Positions 23,230-37,723 of a stretch of 47,860 nt of DNA are shown one piece after another. The number at the start of each line of letters is the position of its first letter. The stretch's first letter is position 1. The position numbers and the translations under genes are program-made. The notes under the pieces were generated by a model that was not told the DNA's origin, did no database searches, and saw only the letters and a list, made by a program, of their open reading frames with translations. This DNA is from Seison nebaliae (taxonomy: Eukaryota). The DNA is taken from NCBI GenBank assembly GCA_023231475.1, contig JALJEE010001243.1, positions 1 to 47,860 on the forward strand, in the 5' to 3' direction.

Positions 23230-26168
23230 GATTTATTTTGATATTTTATACAACAACTAAATGATGTCTTCCAAGAATGAATGGATTCGTTCTGAAAAAG
23301 AAATGGAATTTCTTTCATCCAATCTTTTCCATCTTTTTTCATTCAATCACGTTCATCTTCTGATAACATCTGTTCTTATTAAAGAATAATAAAAAATAAT
23401 CTTCTGATAATCAAATTGTTATAATCTTAATCTAAAATTTTTTTTTCTTTTCCACAAATATCACCACAAACACGCACACCGCAAAGAGACGTGTGTAGGT
23501 TGTTTGTGTTAGGGAAGGGAATTGAACAAAATGTTTTTGAGCTTAAAAGAAAGTGAGGGAGAAATTCTTGTGAGAACAATGACATACGAATTTTGCTTCT
23601 TTTCTAATATCACAATTATTGATAATATGTTCCAGATGAGGAAGATTGAGTTATATTATCTACCACTAATCGAATCGACATCACTCATACATCTAATATT
23701 ATGATTTAATGCACTTCAATTTTCCATCTACTTTCTCCCAATCACTCCATCAGTCAATCATCCAGTCACTCGAAGATATTTTACAAAGATCTTTTAATCA
23801 ATTTATCCTTCAATGCTCAACGAAAGAAACTGGAGCGGAAGAAAAATTTCAACCGCAGACAAAGTAGACAAGGAGAATATTTGGGATTGGAAGAGACAGA
23901 AGGGAAAGATGTTTCTTAATTCAACTGATACCACTTCAAATTAATTGGTAACTATCATCTATTGTAATAAAATGTGTAATCTATAAATCATTCTTGGAGA
24001 CATGTCGAAGTTCGATAGTTGCACAAAGCACAATTAACAATAGATAACAGTCTTAGATTATATCATTGATGAAAGGTCGACAAAGAACGATGGTAGCAAT
24101 AAGAAATGCAGCAATGGGAAGTTACAAAGCACAATTGCAATTAGATGATGACGAAAATTATTGAAAATGTAACGGAAAATCGATGACGACGAATGGGAAA
24201 CAAAACGAACCGAAAATTCTCTTTCAATCATCACAGCTATTCACTAATCGTTGTCGATGAAATGAAAACAATGAGCGGAAGACGTTTAGCTCAGGGCGAA
24301 ATTAAGACACATACAGATCCCGATCTATATACATACAGAATAAAGACTTATAGATCCACCATCAAAATGGAGCATTACACATAAACATTTATCTAACATT
24401 TATCTTTTCACTCTTATCTATTTTCCTATCTCCGATTTGGATATTGAGTATGAACAACGACAGTAGAATAAGTAGAAGAAGAATAGGAAGAAAAGACGAG
24501 AAGTTATTGAATGAAAAGCAAAACCGAAAATAAATATTTCAACACTTTCTCTCGTAGTAGCACAATGAAAAAGTCAGATGATTGACTAATTGGTGGGAAG
24601 GGGAAGAAAACGATTTTGGGTGCTGCCTTCACGAAATTGAAGATATACTTCCGCTTTTTGCGCTCAACTCCAAATCTATAATCGATAGTATTGGTAGATA
24701 TTATTAGAGAATGGGAAGCAAATTAAACGATTATCATCAATTACTTTAAGTTTCGTTAATTATTAAATAGTTTGCGGAGTTAGGAAAGATGATAATGAAA
24801 TGAATTAATTTTCAAATGATTAAGAGAAATTTCTAATTATATTTGTTGGGAAAGAAATAGAAAAAAGTGGATGGACAAATCTGAGAATAAAACAGAAAGA
24901 AGATAAAGAAGCAAAAAGGAGAAATGATGAAAATGAATCATGATCATGATAATTATCATCGTCAGATGAATAACAATGTCTGATGGAACATTGTATGATA
25001 TCGATTCAACATGACATGGCTTCCGCTTATTCGGAAATTTGGACAAACTCATTTCGATCAACATCGAACAACTGATGATCGAAGCATGCACCATAATCTG
25101 ATCGATATGAAATGGTAAACAATTTATGATGGAAGAGAATCGTTTTTATTTTATTATAACGATCTTTTAACGTCATTAATCGAAGATTCTATAATTCCAT
25201 TCATTGGCATGATAAATAATGAGAATGAGACATTTCGATGACATTAATCACAAACAACAATAACTCCAATTTGGATCATAGTTACTCTCCGGCAAAGAAA
25301 ATACATAGGAAATATCAGTTAAATGACTATAAAGATTTTTATATAAAAAATTTTTCTTTTTCTTTTTTTCAATTTCTTTCTATTTCTGTAAGTGACTCAA
25401 ACACGAATCGAGTCATATATCCAAAATTTTGATGCGCTCGTCCATTGTTGTTTAGTGATAAGTGAAATGGAGAATATGATTCTATAATTGTATTTTGACG
25501 GATGACAATCGCCTACCTATGATGGGCAGTTGAACGGAAGATAATCGAATTACAATGGATAACTGGAAAGAATATTCTCTACGAACCGAATGTTAATTAC
25601 TCCGATTCACTTCCATGAATGGGAGAGGAGGATTTTGGGTTGGGAGAAAAACGAATTAATAGCCGAAATGGAAGTGGCAGAAAAACGAAGAAGGAACAAC
25701 AACTGATGAAAATGAGGAAGTTCTTTTGTTTTTTCGCCGTTTTTCAGTTGACTATGCACGATCATCTTTAGAAGAAAATGATAATGAAAATGATACTCAA
25801 CTACGGATATTGGAAATGGCAGCAATCTATTGATTTTAATCAATTTGGGTGGAGATGATTCCCATTCAATATCCATCTTCTTCACACCAAATGATGAGAA
25901 TATATCGAAACAGTTTAAACAACAAATGTCAAATCGATTATAATATTCGACGGAAGTATCTGTATTCAGTTCTCGTTCAACAACATACAGAAAAGTATCA
26001 ATGATGTGCGAAATAATATTCGCGCGTCCAGCTAAACGATTAACTTCTCACATTTCCATGATAAACGTTTGGAAATGGAAGAGATAAAAGAGAAATAAAT
26101 TAAACATCTCAACTTCTCCGATTTGTGTTTGGGAGCAGATGGATCAGGAAAGAAGAAAATATTCGAAC

Positions 26169-26205
<37 letters not shown>
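26169..26205. repeat. (ATT)n microsatellite
   Basis: Perfect TAT/ATT run. Similar trinucleotide runs lie at ~30868 (TAC), ~31200 (TGT), ~32830 (GAT) and ~33176 (TAG). Confidence 0.9.
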
Positions 26206-26206
<1 letters not shown>

Positions 26207-29200
26207 GTCTGCTGATAATCATTGACATTCCGAAAAAATAACTTTAGTTGTTTTTCTCATTACTTATGGATATGTTTACCAATTTACGACAGAATCATGG
26301 TTCCATCAAGAATGATTATTTAAATTTATTCTTTCTATGTTCCAATATATCAATTCATAGAATTTGATAACAATACATCTCCCATCAACATTCCCATATA
26401 TATAGCGGGGGATAGCTTTATCACATGAAATCATTGAGAGTTGAGACATGATATACTATTTATATAAAAATTATAAATTTGTTTGAGACATTTGATAAAA
26501 GCAGAAAGAAAATTCCATAAAATGATCGATGGCATTAGTCTATTGATTAAGCAGATGGTAGCAGTAAGAAGGTTTTTCTGTTGACAAAATAGTAGAAGAA
26601 TGATTCGATCTGTCGACTTTTTCACAGGTTAGTATTAGAATAACGGAAAAATGATGATAGATTGAAATTGAGCACATGGCCGCTATCATGGTTAAATTCC
26701 AAGAGTTTGAATTTGATGAACTAATCGAAAAATTCTTTCTTTATTTCCGTTCTTCCTTCAACCTTATTATTTTTCGTCAGCTCCTATTAATATGGTTGGA
26801 ATGAACTACAAAATATAATCGTTCTCATAAGACAACTCGAACTACTGCTGCTAATCAATTTAAGATGACATATGTCAACTACTCTTTGACATTCGACTTC
26901 TTATTTAGTCTTTAAATTGATACATCCTATCGTTCAATTATAAATGAGAAGATAAATGGCATGATACCAGTCGGCCATCAAATCTGGAAAATCTAATATT
27001 TGAAATGATTCTCAAATTTAGATAAAACATAAATCCAATATCAAAAATATACGATATCCAAACGTAAGATGACCGGAGTCTTTCTATTCAATTACAATAA
27101 TTTTTTTTATCAAATCAACATTATATCTGATTCTTTGCCTGACAATAATTTTTCGTAGCTAAAAATATTGGACTTCTATTTCATTACTTTCAGAATAATC
27201 ACCAGGTATTCCGTTTTAGTCATTTCTAAATTTAATTTAAAGAAAATGATATCCACATTGCAAAAATTTCATTTCATCGGTTGAATAATATAATTGATTC
27301 ATTAATGAACTTCCATAATTCTTTTATGAATTTTCAAGAAACAAAATTTGGAAATTCTCTTTCATTTAAATGTCACAAAAGTCGATACTTCTCCCAATTT
27401 TGTCGAGATTTCGTTCAACAGCACAAAAGAAAACACATTCTGATTAATATTCTATAAAATAAATATATACGTCTGTATTACACGAGAATAACTGAAGATT
27501 AGAAGAAAAATAATTTTGGTCAAATCAAAGATTTTATAGGAAATGATTATCGTGATCATCAGGGACATGAACTGATTAAATATATTATTCGGACTAATCC
27601 AAAAAAGAAGTCAAGCAAAAAAAGAATGTCTTATATAAGAGTATGTAACAAAGGAAGAAGAAAAAAATGAATAATAAGTTGGATGGAAGCCGCAAATGGT
27701 AATAGATTCAACAATCTTCGTTTGGTTGGACATTCCAACTTCATCTGCACTTTATTACCGTTCGCCCATTCAGTTAATGGACGAATATGGCTGAAAATGA
27801 AGTAAAGCGGAAACTTATTTTTGGCGGTAAGCACGATGTCTAATATGATTAGGTAGCGAGAAATTGAACTCAATCGATGCGTTAGCTAATCGAGAATATA
27901 TTCGTAAAAGAATTGGTAGGAAACATCTATGAAATTTGTATAAGAAATATACTGAAAATAAATCAATTAGAATGGAAGTGAGGAAAAAAGTTATAATTAA
28001 TGGATCTACCCGAAGAAAGGAAGACGATTTATTTGGCCTAATATTAGGAACAGTTAAGAATAAATAAAATAATCGATAACGAATTCCATAATTTTTTTTA
28101 TTTGATCAAACTCTTAGTTGTATGTTTGTCCGAGAGGAATGCGAGGAGGTTTCCTCCAAAAACAAATCAGACCAAACATCTGGTAAGAATTATCGAGATG
28201 GTGCGTATCGGAGATGGATCGTTGCATATAATAAACAAAGTCATAAAGTTTAGTGTTATCTTACAGATGTTTCGTTCGCTGTTCGAACGAAATCTCAACA
28301 AAAGATAAATCTCGCCATCGAAAAGTGAATGAATTCGGAGGAGATGAAGGAAAGAATGATGAAGAATAATTAGAAAGAATTTCATGAATATAATATGAAA
28401 GTAAGAAAGAAAGGAATTATATATATAGCTTAGAATAGGTGTTTGTCTAATCCATTGTTGATGCGTGACATTGTCGGCCATGTCGTTGAGAATTTCTTTG
28501 GAGGCCGACGGATGTTTATTCTAAATTAAATTTTATTCATTTAATTCCTATTCTGCTGCTTGGCAGATTCGTTGGAGAAAGATTGTCTTGTCTATAATAA
28601 CACTTTCCCATATAGGACGTGTGGATATTTTCGTATTATAGGGGGCGGGAGTATTGATAAGAGATTTCGGGTAGTTCATATAATATTGAGCGATAATAAT
28701 AATTGTCATTTTCAATCTAATTCTCATTTCCAATGCATTATTTAAGCATACGATATGTATTCTCCCCGGCAATCCTTCCTACTTAATTTCAATTGAATCA
28801 TTACATAACAATGGATTTTATATTCATGTTCTTCATTCAATTCTTGAATAATCTAATTAATGGATGAATGATGACTAGACGATCATCAGAAAGATCGCTT
28901 AGCTATCAAAAGTTCTGATTTAATCGTTCAGCTGATAATATTTTCATTCGCTTCTCACAAATCCAATTGGTATTGGTATTGGTTTAAGACGGCACAATGT
29001 CTCGTCAAACAATCGCTGTGGAAAACGAAATGAGTGAAGTGAAAGTATTGCATTTTATATAATGATGACAATAGAACGAGACTTTCCTTTCCACCAATAT
29101 ATTCGCGAGAAGTGATACTTATATTTGCCCAAGTCAAAATCAATTTTCTTGAGAAAGTTTATTAAGGAAAACTTAATAATGTGTCTGCATTATGAGTTAA

Positions 29201-32200
29201 GGTGAAACACCAGAAATAGTCCAAATAACTAGTCCTCCCTCGTCGTTCATTCGGGATGGCAAGAGAGAGCATGGTAGGAATATGGAGAAAAACTTCCTCA
29301 CGATACTTTCCCGACAACTGTCGTGAAATATAAAGTCAAATTTAACGGAGTGAAAAATCGATAGAAATCCAATTTCCATGAAAAATTACATAAATAAACT
29401 GAACGGTGATGACGATGATGACGAGAGTGATGAATGCAGTTGAATATAGTTGAATATGTGGGAAAGTTTTTTATGAAAATTTACAAATATATATTTACTT
29501 ATTATCCTTCTAAGCGAAGGGAACAACTCAAATTTCTTTCCAAACTATTAGAAGATCCATAAACGACATCTGATATTGGATTGATGAAGAAGGACAAAAG
29601 GCTTCATTCATGATCGTCACCAAAAGAAACTGAAGATATTCTAACGAACGAAATAAAAGACGATGAGAACTAATAAAATTGACAATAAACGGAAACGATT
29701 AGTTTGCACTTGTTAATCCGGCAATAATTATCTTCTTATAAGAATGAGAAGTACTATTTATTTTTAGGTATTACAATTTCTTTATATCTGATAAGATGGA
29801 TCGATGGTAAAATAATAAGTTTTCATTTCTTGTTGCAGAACGAAAAGAATCAGAAACCGCATAAGAAAATATTTTGTTGGAAACAAGTCGTGGCGAAACA
29901 AAAAGGAAAAAGTGCTTGAAACAATTTTAACTGAAAACACACTCCGCCCCAACATGAAAGGTGATTGCGGAATTTTTATATTAATATTTATTGGAATTGT
30001 GGATAAAAACTGTCATCATTCGAATTAACCACATAACAATTACACAATGTCAATAGACTTTGACCAACAGTCAAAAAGTTATACTGTTTGATATCATCGA
30101 ATATTCATAAGGAACGAACTCTCTAATGATTGATTTCATTCGAACTCAATTCCTCGCCAAACAAACAGACACAAACATAATTTGACCATAAATATGGTTG
30201 GTATAAGAGAATTGATGAATATTTTTTTGTTTGATGAAATAAAATGTTCAACATTATTTTAATAAGAATAATGTAGTGTTAGGAGATTAATGAATAAATA
30301 ACCTTATCAACTTCATCATTCAGGAATTAACGATTTCATTATAATTACGAATTCCCATCAGAACTAAGATGAGAAATTAGTTTACGTTTTTGTTGATGAT
30401 GAAATAATGGGAGAATTAGTGTACTTTCTCTTCCGATTCTGGACTAATGGAGAATAGTTATTCTTCTGTTTTCTGTTTCAACAACAAATTATGCTTTCCC
30501 TTCCGACTTAACATAGAAGAAAGTACGAATATGAAAAACGACAACATATCACCTCTCAATTTACATGATGATGTTGATGACGGTGTCGATGAAGTTGATG
30601 GTGACAATGATGCTTATCAAAATGAAATGACTATAGTGGATAATATATCGCAGTAGTGATTTTTTATGTTGATCCACATACATCCCAAAAATGCCGAAGG
30701 TCCTTCTCCTCCTCATCTTAATGTTCATGTTCAATTAGTCCAATAATTCGACTTTCATTTACATTAAGCATCGTATTCAAGAGAAAGGAAGACTATCGAG
30801 AAAAAAATAAAATTAACAACTTCATATTACTTTCATATTCATTTGTGCCTTTCCGATCTTCTATCAATACTACTACTACTACTACTACTACCACTTCTAC
30901 GAATTCATCCACCAACACTGCTCCTTCCATCGACCATCATCGTCGATGGGAGTCAAAAGGCAAATGAGTGTCATGTTTCCAAAACTTCATTTTAAAATCA
31001 TGTTAAGTATCGTGATTATGATGGTGATCAACGTTACTGCCAACAATGAAGACATAATCATTAGAAAATGGAATAATCATTATTATGTAAGCTCTCTACC
31101 ATTTTCCATACTTATAAAAAAATAAAAATTCTTTCCACTAAATGATAAATGCAATTCGAAAATAAACAACAATTCCTTTATAATCATGTCGATTTCTTTT
31201 TGTTGTTGTTGTTGTTGCTGTTGTTGTTTTGGAAGAAGAAGAAGAAGAATGTGTAAGTCGTTGAAGAATGCGGTTAATAATGTTCGCGAAGAAATGTTTC
31301 GCATCCGGTCGAATATATTTTATTCAACCAAAAAGAAATCGATGGAATAAAATTGTTTTTCATTAAGTTCCGTTGACAGGAGAATATCGTTTAATTAAAA
31401 GTACAATATAAGAAAAAAGAAATATTCGAAGGAGAACAAATCTGCAATTAATCGGTAACAAACTTAAATTTCTGATCTTTTGTTACTTTTGATTGTTAAA
31501 CTGAAAAAAGAAAAGATTTCTTCTTTTTCAATTTTTCTTTGCCACTTTGAAAGGAAGTGTTGAGGAAGAAGTAATGGGAGAAATACATTGATGGAATAAA
31601 ACCTATTATCATTAACGTAAATGTTGTGGTTACATAAAATGTTTTAAGGAATTGTGAGAACTATATTTTCCCATTCCAACTAGACAGTGGTAAGAAGAAG
31701 ATGAGAAAAGATATGAAAGAAGACGTTGTAATATCGATAAGTAATCGATTAATTGAATATTGATAATTGGAAATTAGAATAAAATAGAATAACATAACTT
31801 TAGCGGGAATTTAGCGCGCGAATAATTTGAATAATAATCATCATTTTCTTCTCTAAAACATCGTTCGTTTATTTTGTTGAATTGGTACATCTTCGTTGAA
31901 CGAACTCGTTATCAATTTTCTCTGGTCCATCACTTATTGACCAAATGAAAGAAAACTACTTCAACATACAACCATTTCTTTCCTACTAATACATAAAAAT
32001 AACAATTAATCGATATGATGTGATAGTGGCAATAAACAGAAGAAAAGAATTAACGATGCAATTATAACGAAAAAACAGCTGCATTGTCAATGCAGTTTGC
32101 GTGCTGAGACTATAAGAAAAAACACCGCTCTCCATGTTTTCTTTTAAAAGTTCTCGAAATGTTTTTCTTTTTATTTTCCTTTCCAATATCATAGTTCTGG

Positions 32201-34443
32201 TAGCCGTCTAATGAATAATGATGATAATAATCAATATTGATATTAATCATTTCTATCACTAACAACTAAACAACGATTATGTCAAACCAAACTCGAGATA
32301 TTAATATTCCTCTTTCGTTATCGGGAACGTCTTCGAGAGAGGACCCTCTTACATATTGTTATGATTCGATTGATAGCTGCTTTAATAGAATTGACGATGA
32401 TCATTATTATATCAATAAATTTACTTTTACTATTAATTTTCCTCTTACTGTAAATAAACGACCAAATTATTCTTCGACATTTTCATCTTCGACTTTCCAT
32501 TCTCGTCAATTCTTTTCCAACGTACAATTCCGACATCCTTATCATTATAATTACATCATAAATCAATTAGGAACGACCAATTCCAAGACCATTATCTCAA
32601 TTCATTTTGTAATTGGAGATCGGATGGAATGAGCGGATACGTATCATTTCGTACTTTATGAGAATAATATTTCCTAATCAATTAATCTTTACTTTTCTTC
32701 ATCTTCCTCCAAAGTTGTCAGGTTGGATGCGGAAGAAATTCGTCTTTGACGCTAACAGATGTGTGCTCTCTACCGAAAATTGAATTCCAATTACTCCCTA
32801 CAACATTCCCATTGAAGACGATGACGACAATGATGATGATGATGATGATGATGTGGATGAGTAGTGACTTATGCTAAAGGATTTGGTTAGGAAGAAGAAG
32901 ATGCTTTTCGAAACGAATAAAGGTAGAGGAATGACGAAGAAGAGTACATTCTATCTATGACTTCCTTATTTGCCAAGGAAATTAGACGAGGGAGTAGCAG
33001 ATGCTACGACGAAAGTTCGTCACCGAATCAGCTGTCTTCATTTATCTGGAACATGTTCAAATCGACCAGAACATTCTTTTCCTGATATTAGTTGGATGAA
33101 TGAGTAAATATTAAGTAGTTACTATCTGATGATTAGCTGAAGAAGATGTAAGAATAAAATATTCATCATAATGTTTAGTAGTAGTAGTAGTAGTAGCCAT
33201 TGCTCTCTTGGTTTATGAGAATAGAAATCATATAGAAGAAGTGTGGTAAAGAACTCGATAAATGAAGAACAAAATATTTTATGTTCAATTCCATCACATA
33301 GATGGAATTGGGAGCGATAGATGATATAATATGGATGGAATTTGGGGAGGACTCGTCTACCACATTCATCTTAATTTCCCGCAAAATTCATTCATTTAAA
33401 TTCCTAATGATTATTTACTTCCAACATCATTCTTGATACATTGATCGGAATAATGAGCAGAATTAGTAATTAGGAAAGTCGGAAAGAAAAACAGCAGGTG
33501 AAATTCGAAAGTATATTCAACAAAAATAGACATTTAATTCGACTGCTGATATTGCTATCATCTTGTCTATTATCTTCTTTTATGTTATGGTGAGATGATT
33601 TATTATCATTATTCTTATTATTTATTTATTTATTTATTTCATTAATATCTATCGTTTACATCATCAAAATAGTTGATGATAATTAGATGAATGAATTAGA
33701 ATATCAATTTCATTTAAAATTCCGTTCCTGTCATTCTCACCATCAATCTACATTTCACCTTCACACTTCCCACTAATATTGACGAATTAGTAAAAATCAT
33801 TGATTCGCCCAAACAATCCACCCATCCATCACATCTCATCTCATTTCATCTATCTATCTTTCTCTATTAGTAATTATTGTCTCACAGTATCTTAATTCCT
33901 ATTACAATTCTCATTTTTTTATCATTTCCATTTTTATCATCATCATCATGATTATATTAATGAACAGTTTTCAATATGGAGTCAACTCTCATTATGTAGA
34001 TGTTGTGTTATATAATAAAATGAAGATATTTTCCTTTATTTGACGAATATTATTCTCATTATTAAAACTGAAATAGCAATAACGGGATTGATGTACATTT
34101 CTCCATCATCGCAATGTTGCTAGCACTCTCAATAACAAATATTGCTAATTAATTAATTCTCAGTAGATTAACATCAAATTAGAAGGATGAAGAAAACAGC
34201 TGAAAGCAAAAGAAGAACTAAACGAATAAAGTCTCATGTGGACAATTCGATTATAATTCCACTGAATAATTTTTTCTCTTAAAAATATTCAGTTAATCTT
34301 CTTTTCATTATTCCATCTTTCCCAATGAAACATTTCACACCATAAAATTACAGTATATATTACACAAAATATATCGCTACCACCAATATATAATGATGTG
34401 GATATGTCTAGGATGAATATTCACAAAATGAAATTTTATTCGA

Positions 34444-35801
34444 TTAATTTAATCTTTTCATTTTCTTTTTATTCCCTCCACCTTTCTTCTTCCGATTATT
34501 GTTATTTGTTGATCCATTCACTTTTTCTGCATCATCGCGAATCTGTTTCTTCGCCATATGATTCGCTTCACCAACACGTTCTCCCATCACCATAACACAT
34601 TTCTCTTCTGTCGGATACAATGGCAATTTCTTCCCTAAAAGAAATTCAATTCTTTGATAGATTTCTACATCATATCTAAAAATGTTGAAAATGAAAAAAA
34701 TTAAAAAAAAATATTATGAAACTGTGAAACAAAAGTTATCGATTTTCCTGATCTTCCAGCTCTTGCTGTTCTCCCAACACGATGAATATAATCTTTTGAA
34801 TTGTTCGGCATATCATAATTTATAACAACGTCCACTTGTGGAATATCTAAACCACGCGATGCTACATCGGTTGCGACAAGAATTGATGATAATCCACTTT
34901 TGAAATGATTGAGAGATGAGAGTCGTTTCGTTTGAGATAATTTCCCATGAAGTACAATCGACTTATAACCGAGATTTGTTAACATTTTTGAAATTATTTG
35001 TGCTCCCACACACGTCCCACAAAACACCATAAAACTATTTCCATTCAATTCATTGAGAATATATGACAAATAAATTTCTTTATATTTGAATGGAATGAAA
35101 AGATAATATTGTTGCAATTTATCAACAGTCGAATATTTCGTATTACTTTCAATTCGGACAGCTGTCGATTTGACGGAAACTCTTTGTAATTTCTCTACTT
35201 TTTTCGTCATCGTCGCTGAATAGAGATAAGTCGTTCGATCTTTATTGACATGACGAAGAATTTTATCGATATCTTCTTCGAATTCCATATTGAGAATTCG
35301 ATCAGCTTCATCCAAAACTAAAAATTTCAAATCTCTCAAATGGAAACCTTTGGTGTTCTCTAAATGATCGATGATCCTTCCCGGCGTACCCACAATAATA
35401 TGAGGCTTCTTTCCCAATGCTAAACTTTGCACCATCATTTCCATCCCACCAACAATTACTGTACATTGAACATCAATCGATGCTCCCAATCCCTCAATTT
35501 GTTCACTTATCTGATAAGCCAATTCTCTAGTTGGTGTCAATATCAAAGCGAATAACCTTCTCGGCCTTTCTAATAATTTCTGAAGAATTGGAATTGTAAA
35601 TGCCGCTGTTTTCCCACTTCCCGTCTCTGCCAAACCAATCACATCATCCCCTTTTAATGCAACTGGTATTGCTTCCGCTTGGATCTTTGTCGGTACTTTC
35701 CATTTCAATTTATCAATAGCTTCACATAATACTTCATTGACACCTAATCCATCAAACGTCTTCTCTTCGTTTTCGTCTTCCATTTTCGTCTTCTTATCCA
35801 T
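34444..35801 (-). CDS. DDX47: DEAD-box RNA helicase DDX47/Rrp3, ~436 aa
   Basis: [28 protein letters not shown] and [10 protein letters not shown]. Intron 34722-34676 (GTTTCA...TAG) joins TFVSQ to [10 protein letters not shown]. Confidence 0.95.
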
Positions 35802-36850
35802 TCAGATGGTAACAATTTATTGGAATACAAAAAAACAACGTGACCATCTAAATCAGCTAAGTATTTCAAATGTTCCATTAACTCACTGTAATTGTAAAAT
35901 TAGAATATTTAAAAATAATTTTTCCACCAATTCACAGATGTCTAATGTTTGTCATTGAACTATAATAATATTAGTATCTATTTAAAGTAAATTACAACGA
36001 AATTACAATTAGTATTAATTATAAGAATAACATAAAAATAACAACAACAATGTTTGATAAAATTAACATCAAATTCAAAACAAACATTGTAAATATAAAC
36101 TATTATAAATTATATAAAACTATAAACATATTTATGAGAGGTCAAATATAAGAGATTGTGAATGTTCAATACTTAATAATGAGAAATTAATAAGAACATG
36201 TTTTCATTCTATTCATAGTCATTTTCAAATTTATTTCCCTTGAAGAAATTATTAATGGACTAATTATTTATCAACTTCAATAATTGCATAATAAATGCAA
36301 CAACAAAAGGTTTAATATTTCTTCAATAATTATCTTCGAACTACATAATGAGATAAAGATTAATTGAAATTAAACTAATTCAGTATTATACATAATCTGT
36401 ATAAACATAATAAACAATCGATTCTTCCATTATATTATTATATTATATCTTCCAGATACTTTGAAGTTCATGGCATAAATCCATGAGTTTAAAAGTCGTA
36501 TTTCAGTCATAAATCATCCGATTGTCACAATGTAAGTCATCATGTAATTATAATCATCACATTTGGCGTCATTTCTTTTGATGTTTTACAACAGTTAATG
36601 TTCGTAATATACATTCCGCTCTTTGTCATTGTCTTGTATATCATATTAATTCTAATAACTTCCACTTATATCAAAAAAGAAAACGATTCATGAGTAATTT
36701 GATTCATTAGAAATAGTTAATTTCAGAGGATAAGAATTATAGGAATCGCACAAATTTATTTTCACATTGAAACTTTATTAAAAAATGTTCTAATATATAC
36801 ATAAAATTATTAAAATATTTAAACAGGATAAAAAGGATAATATTAATAAT

Positions 36851-37582
36851 CTACTTTTTCGCTTTCGTAGCTTTCTTCGGTGTCGCTTTCGCTGCTGTTT
36901 TGGTTGAACGAGTAGTTTTCTTGTTTTTAATACTAGCTCGAACCTTCGACTTTGCAGCAATGGCAACTTTTTGTTTGCTACTGGCAATCTTCTTCTTTGG
37001 TGCTACTGCTTTCTTCTTGTCGGTTGATGATGTCACTTTTGTTTTGCTGTTTGATTTGGTGACTTTTTTTGCTTTTGTTGCTGGTTTTGCTTTGTCACTA
37101 CTGGGAGATTTCAATCTCTTGACTTCTTTCGTTTTCTTTTTTTCTACTGTCTTCTTTGATGAATCTTTTACGACTTTCTTCTTTTCTTGTTCCTTCTTCT
37201 TTTCTTTGTTTTCTTTCAACTTGAACGATCCATGAAGTCCGGCACTCTTTGTCGTAACTGTTCCTTTCTCGACTAATGTTCGTAGAGCGTGATTGATGTA
37301 CTTTTTCGCTTTGACGATATCGATTTTGTATGAAATGGCCATATGTTTACTAATTGCAATCTTGGATACACCATTTTTGGTACCCAATTCTTGTAACGCA
37401 TCCACTATCATAATCGTGTAAGTTGGATGATTCGGAGCCGTTCGTTCAGCAGTTTTCTTCGTTGCCGCCTTCTTTATCGTCTTGACTGGTTTCACATTTT
37501 CTTTTGTAATTTCATTGGTCTCGACTTCTTTGGCAATGATCTCCTTCATAGGTTCGCTTGATTGTACTTCTTCGCTTGACAT
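36851..37582 (-). CDS. H1: Linker histone H1 (solitary, probably polyadenylated variant)
   Basis: Globular domain HPTYTIMIVDALQEL...GVSKIAISK...GLHGSFKL and a Lys/Ala-rich tail. No histone stem-loop after the stop; AATAAA about 70 nt downstream. Confidence 0.93.
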   Translation of the reverse strand: MSSEEVQSSEPMKEIIAKEVETNEITKENVKPVKTIKKAATKKTAERTAPNHPTYTIMIVDALQELGTKNGVSKIAISKHMAISYKIDIVKAKKYINHALRTLVEKGTVTTKSAGLHGSFKLKENKEKKKEQEKKKVVKDSSKKTVEKKKTKEVKRLKSPSSDKAKPATKAKKVTKSNSKTKVTSSTDKKKAVAPKKKIASSKQKVAIAAKSKVRASIKNKKTTRSTKTAAKATPKKATKAKK

Positions 37583-37688
37583 TATAAAATTTGTTGTTGT
37601 AGAATTGATCGAAAAGATTGTTGAGGAAACGATGATGTCTTATAGAACGAAAAGAGAAACTAAATAACTGAGGAATTGTCGAAAATGA

Positions 37689-37723
37689 GAATGAATATCC
37701 ATAGCGAAATTCTGCTATTTATA
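37689..37723 (-). promoter_or_regulatory. TATA box plus initiator of the H1 gene
   Basis: On the minus strand, TATAAATA (37723-37716) lies 31 nt upstream of the A of an Inr-like TCATTC (A at 37692). Confidence 0.65.

Noticed and set aside
30924..30952. Hairpin CTTCCATCGAC-loop-GTCGATGGGAG
   Set aside because: An 11-bp stem made of locally common CATCGA words; too short for a pre-miRNA.
23522..33384. Many 60-117 aa ORFs upstream of the protocadherin
   Set aside because: Low-complexity, often non-ATG starts, no recognisable motifs or splice-compatible chains.
36900..37235. Hydrophobic Phe-rich plus-strand ORF
   Set aside because: Antisense of the Lys-rich H1 tail.
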